DNA of 64,000 bases from Candidatus Caccoplasma sp. GTDB lineage: Bacteria; Bacteroidota; Bacteroidia; Bacteroidales; G3-4614. The position numbers and the translations under genes are program-made. Numbering within the stretch: the first letter of the stretch is position 1; every line of letters starts with the position of its first letter. The notes under the pieces were generated by a model that was given only the letters and a program-made list of their open reading frames with translations, did not search any database and was not told where the DNA came from. Location of the stretch: positions 9,647 through 73,646 of the forward strand of contig JAZLBW010000045.1 of NCBI GenBank assembly GCA_045613905.1, in the 5' to 3' direction. Of this stretch, positions 51,266 through 59,613 are shown one piece after another.

Positions 51266-52480
51266 TTAATTAATAGCAACCTTCGCAACCTCATTATTTA
51301 CTTTAACCATTATCACTCCTTTAATGGTTGTGGGTAATGGAATTTGGACATTAGTTGCTCCCCTCTCTACGGGAGAGGGGTTGGGGGTAAGGTTCCTTCC
51401 CATTGCATCATAAACAGCAACAGAGTTTATGCCTTCTGCATTCTCTATATACAGCACTCCATTTGAAACGTATGCTTTGGTGTTGCTCTCCTCTGCGATA
51501 CACTCTTCAACACCCGCCACAACAGGGGATAAATCGATTGTTTCAAATTCATTATTCTGGAACTTCAACAGAGTGTCGTTCTTTAACAGTACCCAAACAA
51601 TATCTCCATCGCAAAGTATTGAACGAGCCTCGTGATAACCATAACAGTTCCACCACTTAAAGTTCTCTCCATCAAAACACAAAAGATAGTGTGAGGATGT
51701 AAACCATATATTCCCTTGATTATCTACATCATTTGCATAAAATTGCGTAGCAGGAATATCAGGGTTGGTAGCATTGGTCATAACACTATCCTTGCCTGTT
51801 TCTTGATTATAGCAATGTATTCCGTATTCATCGGAGAACCATATATTGTCATTGTTATCTATTGAGAGAGAGCAAACTTGACGTTTCCCACTCAATTTCG
51901 TAATTGATGTATTGCCCCCAGATTTATGACAAAGAATATGACTGTCATTTCCCTTCGCTGCTATCCATAAATTATTTTTACTATCAAATGCCATATCTGT
52001 AATTATCCCATAATTGGGTACTACATATCCGTCAGGTATTAAATATATATTTAATCCTATTCCTTCGGAGGTAAATTTTGAGTAGTAACATACAGATGAA
52101 AGCCACAAATTAGAATTATCCTCAAAAACTATGGCATATACTTGGTATGGAAACGACGGGATTGTTGCTGATAATTTGGTGGTTGATACCCCATTATAAC
52201 TATATACTCCATTTTGACTATCTGCATAATAGATATTCCCTTCAGGGGAGGCTCCAATTGAGAAAATTGTCGATTCGCTATCAGATACAAGTTCTTCAGA
52301 AGCATCTGAAACAACTCCCGTTAATTTATCAAGTTTAACAATTCCTTTACTTGTTGCTGCAAATAATATATTACCTTTGATTGCTAACCGATTAGAATGA
52401 TACTCCATACAAAACTCTGAGGCACTAATATTGAAGATATAGAATAAACATATCATCAATAACATAATAATCTTTTTCAT
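51266..52480 (-). CDS. T9SS-secreted beta-propeller repeat protein, copy B (paralogue of 27204..28409)
   Basis: 404 aa, collinear with copy A: GNIWFTSSHYLLCFDGENFKWWNCYGYHEARSILCD versus GNVWFTSSHYLLRYDGSHFKWWNSYGYHDTRAILCD. It carries the same sorting-domain type, interrupted by a GC-rich element. Confidence 0.65.
   Translation of the reverse strand: MKKIIMLLMICLFYIFNISASEFCMEYHSNRLAIKGNILFAATSKGIVKLDKLTGVVSDASEELVSDSESTIFSIGASPEGNIYYADSQNGVYSYNGVSTTKLSATIPSFPYQVYAIVFEDNSNLWLSSVCYYSKFTSEGIGLNIYLIPDGYVVPNYGIITDMAFDSKNNLWIAAKGNDSHILCHKSGGNTSITKLSGKRQVCSLSIDNNDNIWFSDEYGIHCYNQETGKDSVMTNATNPDIPATQFYANDVDNQGNIWFTSSHYLLCFDGENFKWWNCYGYHEARSILCDGDIVWVLLKNDTLLKFQNNEFETIDLSPVVAGVEECIAEESNTKAYVSNGVLYIENAEGINSVAVYDAMGRNLTPNPSPVERGATNVQIPLPTTIKGVIMVKVNNEVAKVAIN
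51359..51394. repeat. GC-rich palindromic mini-element embedded in frame in the sorting-domain coding sequence
   Basis: tcccctctctacgggagaggggttgggggtaaggtt. CCCCTCTC / GAGAGGGG form an 8-bp stem, followed by TTGGGGGTAAGG. It has 22/36 G+C inside an AT-rich gene. It replaces 27 nt that are conserved in the other three sorting domains. Confidence 0.85.
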
Positions 52481-52634
52481 AATAACCTCCTTTTTTAGAA
52501 GTAATAAAATACGCTATAAAGGTAATAACTTTTTTAAGATTCAAATACTTATATAAATATATATTTGATATGGAATAAAAAAATAGCGGAAAGAATTGTA
52601 TCTCTCCACTACCTGTAAGTTGGTGAATGAAATT

Positions 52635-54896
52635 TTATTTTTTTACTAACACAAACTTAATCTCTTTTGCATTTACTATTTGCTCGTGAGTTAGTTTGCG
52701 ACCACATATTTTTTTACCGTCAATTTTGATACAGCTGATAGTGTTTGCATCGGGTGTGCATTTTTCGGTTGTGATAACCACTTTGTCGTTATTGTAGTAT
52801 CTCTTGTCCAAAGTGAGTGTTATCTTGTCGAATATTGGAGCAACTGCTGTATATTCAGCTTTTGCAGGACAATCGGGATAGAATCCAATCATGTTGAATA
52901 CTGCCCATGCCGACATTGTTCCTGTATCATCATTACCGGGTATTCCGTCGGGAGTGTTGGTAAAGTGTGTTGCGAGCAATCTTCTCACCTCTTTATCGGT
53001 TCGCCACTCCTCTCCTTTGAATGCCGAGAAGATATAGGGATATGCAATGTTTGGTTCGTTTGCAGGGTCGTATAGTTTTTCATCGAATACCATTTGTAAT
53101 TTGTTTACAAATTTCTTTTTACCACCCATTAGTTTTGCCAAACCTTGAATATCTTGTGGCACATAGAATGTGTAGTTCCATGCTGTTCCTTCGTGGAAAC
53201 CAGGAGAGGGTTCAAAGTTCTCTCCTTGTTTTGGGTTGAATGGAGATAGGAATTTGCCATCTTCTGTTACAGGACGCAATGTTCCGAACTCTTTACAATA
53301 GTATTTTTTATATCCCAACGAACGGTTATAGTAGAACTCTGCATCTTTGGTTTTGCCCAAATCTTTTGCCAATTGCGACAAAGCAAAGTCAGCAACGTAA
53401 TACTCCAATGAGCGAGACACTGAGTTGTCACCCGAAAGGTCTGCCGCAAAAATTCCGTAAGGGATATATCCTTTTTCGTTGTATGGGTCGCAGTCGGGAC
53501 GCAACAGGTTGTCTTTACCCGGTGTGGTTGCCGATTTTATCATTGCCTCGTATGCCGCCTCTACATCAAAATCTTTTAAGCCGCGTAACCATGTATCCAC
53601 AATTACAGGTATTGCAGGGTCACCTGACATTACGTAAGTTTCACGTCCGTACAACTCCCAACGTGGCAACCATCCACTCTCTTTATACATGTCAACCATA
53701 CTGCGTACCATATCCAACTGACGCTCGGGATAGAGCAACGATTGCAATTGGTGTACGTTACGGAAGGTGTCCCATAATGAGAATACGGTATAACGGTTTG
53801 TTGAGGTTTTAAGATTTTCGCCACTCTCCATTGCGGGATACTCTCCGTTTACATCTTGCAAGATGTTGGGGTGTATCAATGAGTGGTATAGCGCTGTGTA
53901 GAAGACTGTTTTTTGATCTTCAGTTCCTCCCTCTACTGCTGCTGCCGATAGATACTCATTCCATGTGTTGTAAGCATCGGTGCGAACTTTGTCGAAATTG
54001 AAACCTTGTTGCTCTGCATCAAGGTTTTCACGAGCATTTTCGCAACTTACAAACGAAATTCCTATTTGCACCTCAATTTGCTCTCCTTCAGTTGTGTTGA
54101 ATACATACCAGTTACCAATGTCATCGCCTGACATTACTCGAGAGTACTTGGGGTAGAGTTTGTATTTTCCGTTGTCAACATCCCACTCTCCCTCTACGCC
54201 TGTTTTGTTGCGTTGCATCTTCCAGAAACCGTAATTTTGGGGTGCTTTGCTGACACGCATCACAAAGTATATTGGGAATACAGCTTGTGGGGTGTAACAG
54301 AAAGTTCCCATCAATTTGCTTCCTTCAATCTCTGTGGCGCTAACGCGACGAACGGTAGCTCCCGACTCGTTTGTCAATCCCTCTCCCAAGTTCATAAGTA
54401 TGTTACTTTGTCCTGCGGGGAAAGTGAATCGTGCGATACTTGTACGAGGAGTTGCCGATACTTCACATTTGATGCCATACTTGGTCAACTCGTTTGAGTA
54501 GTAACCGGGAGTGGCATTTTCGTTTTTATAGGTACTGCCATACTCTTTATAATCGACAGAGAGGTCGCCTGTTGTAGGCATCAACAAAAGAGAGCCTAAC
54601 TCGGGACATCCCACTCCACTCAAATTCACATGCGAAAAGCCTGTAAAAAAAGAGTTATGATATTCGTATGGTGTTGACCACCAACGAGCATCTTTGTCAA
54701 ATTTATTATCTGCCGAGCCCATTACATTGAAGGGGACAACAGACATAAACCCTCCGGGAGATATTGCTCCGGGGTTGGTTGTTCCAAAGTTTGTTGTTCC
54801 GATAAACGGATTTACGTAGTCGGCTGCTGTTTTAGCCTCTACGGTCACCAATGCAAAAAGCATCAATGCGACACACAGATAACGATATATTTTCAT
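52635..54896 (-). CDS. Glycoside hydrolase family 92 alpha-mannosidase
   Basis: 753 aa with a signal peptide and GH92 blocks: FIGTTNFGTTNPGA, FSHVNLSGVGCPELG, SLWDTFRNVH, GNDDTGTMSAW. Confidence 0.85.
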   Translation of the reverse strand: MKIYRYLCVALMLFALVTVEAKTAADYVNPFIGTTNFGTTNPGAISPGGFMSVVPFNVMGSADNKFDKDARWWSTPYEYHNSFFTGFSHVNLSGVGCPELGSLLLMPTTGDLSVDYKEYGSTYKNENATPGYYSNELTKYGIKCEVSATPRTSIARFTFPAGQSNILMNLGEGLTNESGATVRRVSATEIEGSKLMGTFCYTPQAVFPIYFVMRVSKAPQNYGFWKMQRNKTGVEGEWDVDNGKYKLYPKYSRVMSGDDIGNWYVFNTTEGEQIEVQIGISFVSCENARENLDAEQQGFNFDKVRTDAYNTWNEYLSAAAVEGGTEDQKTVFYTALYHSLIHPNILQDVNGEYPAMESGENLKTSTNRYTVFSLWDTFRNVHQLQSLLYPERQLDMVRSMVDMYKESGWLPRWELYGRETYVMSGDPAIPVIVDTWLRGLKDFDVEAAYEAMIKSATTPGKDNLLRPDCDPYNEKGYIPYGIFAADLSGDNSVSRSLEYYVADFALSQLAKDLGKTKDAEFYYNRSLGYKKYYCKEFGTLRPVTEDGKFLSPFNPKQGENFEPSPGFHEGTAWNYTFYVPQDIQGLAKLMGGKKKFVNKLQMVFDEKLYDPANEPNIAYPYIFSAFKGEEWRTDKEVRRLLATHFTNTPDGIPGNDDTGTMSAWAVFNMIGFYPDCPAKAEYTAVAPIFDKITLTLDKRYYNNDKVVITTEKCTPDANTISCIKIDGKKICGRKLTHEQIVNAKEIKFVLVKK

Positions 54897-54975
54897 ACCT
54901 TTTAGTTAATAGCGGATAATTCCGTAAATTAGGCAAAACTATCGACCTAATTTACGGAATACACCTATAGAAATA

Positions 54976-55950
54976 TTACAATATGTTTGTTTTTTTAACG
55001 AACTCTATCACCTCGCTTATTTTACCGAACGCCATTCCTGTAACAGTATCGGCGCATCCGTAATAAACTGCAACTTGATCTTTCTCTTTATCGAACAATG
55101 CTGCGCAAGGGAATACTACGTTAGGCACATCGCCTTGCATCTCGTAAGGTGCGGCAGGAGCCAAAATGTAGTCACGAGTGCGATATAGAACTTTTGTTGG
55201 ATCCTCTTTATCAAGGATAGCTGCTCCCATTGAGTAGCGGAATCCGTTACAAGTTGTGATAACTCCGTGGTAGAACATCAACCAACCCTCGTCTGTTAGG
55301 AAAGGAACTGATCCTGCTCCAATTTTTGTACATTGCCATGCACTCTCGGGGAATGGAGTAACTTTCATTACACAACGGTGCTCACCCCAATATTTCATGT
55401 CGGGAGAGAAACTGATATAGATATCTCCAAAAGGAGTGTGTCCGTTATCACTTGGACGGCTCAACATAGCATACTTGCCATTGATTTTCTCGGGGAACAA
55501 CACACCATTACGGTTGAAAGGCAAGAATGCGTTTTCGCATTGATAGAACTCTTTAAAATCGAAAGTATAACCGATTCCTATTGTTGGTCCATGGTAACCG
55601 TTACACCAAGTAATCCAATATCTGTCCTCAATCCAAGTAACACGTGGGTCGTATTTGTACTCCGACTCAATCATTTCAGTGTTTCCTGCTTTGAATTTGA
55701 TTGGCTCGTGGTTGATTTCCCAGTTGATACCGTCTTTACTGAATCCTGCAAAGATGTTCATTTGAACAGCTTTGTTGTCGCAACGGAACACTCCTGCAAA
55801 TCCATCGCCAAAAGGCACTACTGCACTGTTAAAGATACTATTTGATGAGGGGATATGATAGCGGTCGATAACCGGATTTTTTGAATATCTCCACATTACA
55901 TCTTTACATCCTTCGGGACGATCTTCCCATGGCATTTCTACTTTTCCCAT
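54976..55950 (-). CDS. GH130 family beta-mannoside phosphorylase/hydrolase (BT1033/UhgbMP-like)
   Basis: 324 aa five-bladed-propeller-type sequence with no signal peptide: NPVI...FNSAVVPF...RCDN...DPRV...YYGCADT. Confidence 0.7.
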   Translation of the reverse strand: MGKVEMPWEDRPEGCKDVMWRYSKNPVIDRYHIPSSNSIFNSAVVPFGDGFAGVFRCDNKAVQMNIFAGFSKDGINWEINHEPIKFKAGNTEMIESEYKYDPRVTWIEDRYWITWCNGYHGPTIGIGYTFDFKEFYQCENAFLPFNRNGVLFPEKINGKYAMLSRPSDNGHTPFGDIYISFSPDMKYWGEHRCVMKVTPFPESAWQCTKIGAGSVPFLTDEGWLMFYHGVITTCNGFRYSMGAAILDKEDPTKVLYRTRDYILAPAAPYEMQGDVPNVVFPCAALFDKEKDQVAVYYGCADTVTGMAFGKISEVIEFVKKTNIL

Positions 55951-55983
55951 AATTTTATTATCTAAATTGGTTAATATTTTGTG

Positions 55984-57288
55984 TTATTCTTCTACTTTTT
56001 CAATCTCTTTATCGGGATGTGAAAATGGTACAACCCAAGCCAATATAAATGCAGGTATCGATACCAACAACGCAATAAAGAAGAATTGTTCGTATCCTAC
56101 TTGCTCATAAATCCAACCGCTTATCATACCAGGTATCATAAATCCAAGGTTCATGATTCCCGATGCAAAAGCATAGTGCGCCATTGTATGTTTTCCCGGT
56201 GCTACTTGTTGCATCATAAACAGTGTCAATCCAACAAATCCGAATCCGTAACAGAAATACTCAAGAACCAATCCGCTACCAATCAAATATATGTTTTCGG
56301 GTTGAATAAGTGCAAATATGTAGTATATCACAAATGGTATGTTAAAGATGCAGACCAATGAAAACAACACCTTTTTAAGACCGAATGCTGCAATATAGTA
56401 ACCTCCTGCAATCGATCCGATGATAAAGGCTATTGTTCCGAGAGTTCCGTAAATCAAACCTATTGCCTCGTTGCTCAATGCCAATCCTCCGCCTTCGATG
56501 CTCGCTTTCAAGAACAAAGGCACCATCTTAACGGCAAATCCCTCTGTCAAACGATAGCATATGATAAACAAAATGTATAACCATATATATTTCTTTTGGA
56601 AGAAAGTTTGGAACACATCAATAAATGACGAAAACGCTTCGTATGTAGATGTTGGAGCATCTGCTGATTTTGACCCTTTTGGAAGCACAAAGTAGTGGTA
56701 AATTGACAATCCGCACAACAATACGGCTATCAATCCCATTATTATCATCCAAGCATACATAGGTGCATTTTCGGGGTTGGTCTCTTTGAAGTGATTCATA
56801 AGAATACCTGCCAATCCCACCATTCCTCCGTTTGCAAGAACCTTTGCAAGGTTAAAGAATGCTCCTTGCCAACCAATGTAACGAGCTTGTGTGTCTTTAT
56901 CAAGCGCTGTAAGATAAATTCCGTCAGTTGCAATATCGTGAGTTGAACCACTAAATGCAATAACTCCCATCATTGCTATTGCAAATGCAAAGAAGTTTGG
57001 AATGGGAAGCATAAAGGCAATGAATCCGAAGCACAATCCCGATAGCATTTGAGTTGCTACGACCACTCCTTTTTTAGTTCCCCAAATCTCAAGTAAGGGA
57101 CTCCAAATTGGTTTTAGCGAATAGGGTAATATTATCAACGATGTCCAGAATGTGATTGATTTTGCATCTATTCCAAGGTCGGCAAACATAATTACCGATA
57201 CCAACGATAGAGCAACAAACGGCATACCCATCGCAAAATATACCGAAGGAACCCATGTTATGGGATTTTTTACTTTTACGTCTTTCAT
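55984..57288 (-). CDS. MFS transporter, AmpG-like
   Basis: 434 aa with about 12 TM helices. The N-terminal block WVPSVYFAMGMPF and overall pattern resemble AmpG/glycan-fragment permeases. Confidence 0.65.
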   Translation of the reverse strand: MKDVKVKNPITWVPSVYFAMGMPFVALSLVSVIMFADLGIDAKSITFWTSLIILPYSLKPIWSPLLEIWGTKKGVVVATQMLSGLCFGFIAFMLPIPNFFAFAIAMMGVIAFSGSTHDIATDGIYLTALDKDTQARYIGWQGAFFNLAKVLANGGMVGLAGILMNHFKETNPENAPMYAWMIIMGLIAVLLCGLSIYHYFVLPKGSKSADAPTSTYEAFSSFIDVFQTFFQKKYIWLYILFIICYRLTEGFAVKMVPLFLKASIEGGGLALSNEAIGLIYGTLGTIAFIIGSIAGGYYIAAFGLKKVLFSLVCIFNIPFVIYYIFALIQPENIYLIGSGLVLEYFCYGFGFVGLTLFMMQQVAPGKHTMAHYAFASGIMNLGFMIPGMISGWIYEQVGYEQFFFIALLVSIPAFILAWVVPFSHPDKEIEKVEE

Positions 57289-57348
57289 CTCTCTTCCTCT
57301 ATAAATTAGTAGGGAGAACCACTAAAAAAGCGATTCTCCTCCTTTATG

Positions 57349-59601
57349 TTATTTTATTTTTATCTCATCAATAAACATATATGCTCCCTCTTTGGGCAAT
57401 TGATGTGCTGTGTAGCGAATGTAACGACACTTTTCGTCTCCATTGAAACCGAAGTTTTGAATCAACAACCCTTCTGTATCGCGTGGAACGTCGTTGTCGA
57501 TGTGTTTAACATTGCGCCAATTCTCACCATCTTCACTCATATATATATCGACATACTCGGGGAACCAAATCCATGGCCCTGCTTGTTGCATAAAGTTAAC
57601 CTCTATTGCTTTAATTTCGGTTACTTCGCCCATATCAAGAACAACATCAACATCTTTGTTAAAGCCTTGCCAACTGCCATCGCCGTAAGATGCTCCACCA
57701 TTATAACCATCAGTTAGAGTTGCCTCGCCTTTTGCTACATAGTGGCTGCAGTGTGGTATGTTGTACGATACCTTTTTGCCAATTGCTTTGTGGTATAGGG
57801 GTGTGAATGTTTGAACCTCGGTTATGCGCTCATCGTTTTGGAATATCGCAACTTTTATTGTTGCAGAATCTTTGATTGAGATGGGCAATTTATATAGTGC
57901 AGAGGCTTTGGTTGGCTCTGTTCCGTCTTCGGTATAGCGAATATCCACAGGCATTTTATCGCAACGGAACGACAACTCAATCTTTTGATTTTCAACATCA
58001 ACAACTTCTGTTGCTATTACACTGTTTGATATTTGATGTGCGTTTATGCCTTTTGCTTTTAATATTTCAAGGTGTTTGTTTGCCGCAGGCAAGAAACGCG
58101 CCCAATCTTTTGCATCTGCCATGCACCAACCCAACTCTGAAAGAGCCAACAAGCGAGGATATATCATATACTCGGCATGCTCTTCGGTTTGAATATACTC
58201 TGTCCAGATGTTTGCTTGAACTCCTTTTATATGTGTTTTCTCCTCTAACGACAAAGAATCGGGAACAGGCTCGTAGCTGTAAACTCGGCTCAAAGGAAGG
58301 TATCCGCCAATTGCCTCAGGCTCAGTTGCCGGGTTATCTTGATAAGCATCAAAATATAACCAGTTTCCCGGAGTCATTATGGCATCGTGTCCCAATTGAG
58401 CTGCTTTTATACCGCCTGCTTCACCACGCCAAGCCATTACTGTTGCGTATGGAGACAGACCTCCTTCGATTATCTCATCCCAACCAATCAACTTTTTGCC
58501 TTTTGTGCTTAGGTAGTTCTCGATGCGTTGAATAAGATAACTTTGTAGCTCATGCTCGTTTTTAAGACCTTTTGCGCGAATGATGTTTTGACATTTCGAA
58601 CACTCTTTCCAATTTTTGTGGTCTGCCTCATCGCCACCAATGTGGATATACTCCGACGGGAACAACTCGCATACCTCTGAAAGAACATCTGTAAGGAATT
58701 TATATGTATCCTCGTTACCAATGCAGACCTCGCCACTTGTGTAGGGTTTACCTTTACAAGAGAGGTTTGGATATGCCGCCAACACCTCATCGCTGTGTCC
58801 GGGCATCTCAATTTCGGGGATTACTGTGATGTTCAATTTTTGTGCATACGCAACAACCTCTTTTACATCTTCTTGTGTATAATAACCTCCTTTTGCTTTG
58901 GGGTCGTTTTGGTCGCAATACAATCTCTCGCCAAACCAGAACTCTTTCCAATTATTATATGGACGCCATGCTGCAAAATTTGTAAGACGGGGATATTTCT
59001 TTATCTCAATTCTCCAACCTGCTCCATCGGTCAAGTGCCAATGGAAACGGTTCATTTTGTAGAACGACATTACGTCCAACTGCTTTTTAAGGAACTCAAC
59101 ACTATAAAAATGACGAGATACATCCAAGTGTAATCCGCGATACTCAAAACGTGGAGTATCGTTTATAATCAAGCAAGGTATTCTATCTCCCTCGGTCAGA
59201 TAGTTCAATTGTGCCACTGTTTGAATACCATATATCAAACCTGCAGGAGTACGCGCATCAATATCTATCGAACTGCGAGATACACACAAGTCATAACTCT
59301 CGGTTGCATTGTTTGAAAATGGAAGTTGATTTACTCGTATCACTCCGCGAGCTGTGCTGTCCTCGGTCTCTGTGGCTGAGGGGAAGACTCCCTTAATCAA
59401 CTCCATTAAGTTCTCTTTATCTGCTTCAGCGACATTAGAGAAATAGACTACAGGAGCCTCACACGAAAAACTTCCCGATTTTATTATGGTTTTGGCAGGT
59501 TGTGGAATAAGCATATCCACCACCTTATCATTCCCGCTGTTGCAGCTGAACAACATAGCTGCGACAGCAAGAGAAAGCATGATTCTTTTTATATACGCCA
59601 T
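57349..59601 (-). CDS. GH20 beta-N-acetylhexosaminidase with a C-terminal F5/8 type C (discoidin)-like domain
   Basis: 750 aa with a lipoprotein-like signal (LFSCNS), HLDVSRHF, FHWHLTDGAGWR and HIGGDE (catalytic D-E pair). Confidence 0.88.
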   Translation of the reverse strand: MAYIKRIMLSLAVAAMLFSCNSGNDKVVDMLIPQPAKTIIKSGSFSCEAPVVYFSNVAEADKENLMELIKGVFPSATETEDSTARGVIRVNQLPFSNNATESYDLCVSRSSIDIDARTPAGLIYGIQTVAQLNYLTEGDRIPCLIINDTPRFEYRGLHLDVSRHFYSVEFLKKQLDVMSFYKMNRFHWHLTDGAGWRIEIKKYPRLTNFAAWRPYNNWKEFWFGERLYCDQNDPKAKGGYYTQEDVKEVVAYAQKLNITVIPEIEMPGHSDEVLAAYPNLSCKGKPYTSGEVCIGNEDTYKFLTDVLSEVCELFPSEYIHIGGDEADHKNWKECSKCQNIIRAKGLKNEHELQSYLIQRIENYLSTKGKKLIGWDEIIEGGLSPYATVMAWRGEAGGIKAAQLGHDAIMTPGNWLYFDAYQDNPATEPEAIGGYLPLSRVYSYEPVPDSLSLEEKTHIKGVQANIWTEYIQTEEHAEYMIYPRLLALSELGWCMADAKDWARFLPAANKHLEILKAKGINAHQISNSVIATEVVDVENQKIELSFRCDKMPVDIRYTEDGTEPTKASALYKLPISIKDSATIKVAIFQNDERITEVQTFTPLYHKAIGKKVSYNIPHCSHYVAKGEATLTDGYNGGASYGDGSWQGFNKDVDVVLDMGEVTEIKAIEVNFMQQAGPWIWFPEYVDIYMSEDGENWRNVKHIDNDVPRDTEGLLIQNFGFNGDEKCRYIRYTAHQLPKEGAYMFIDEIKIK

Positions 59602-59613
59602 ACGATGTAACTA

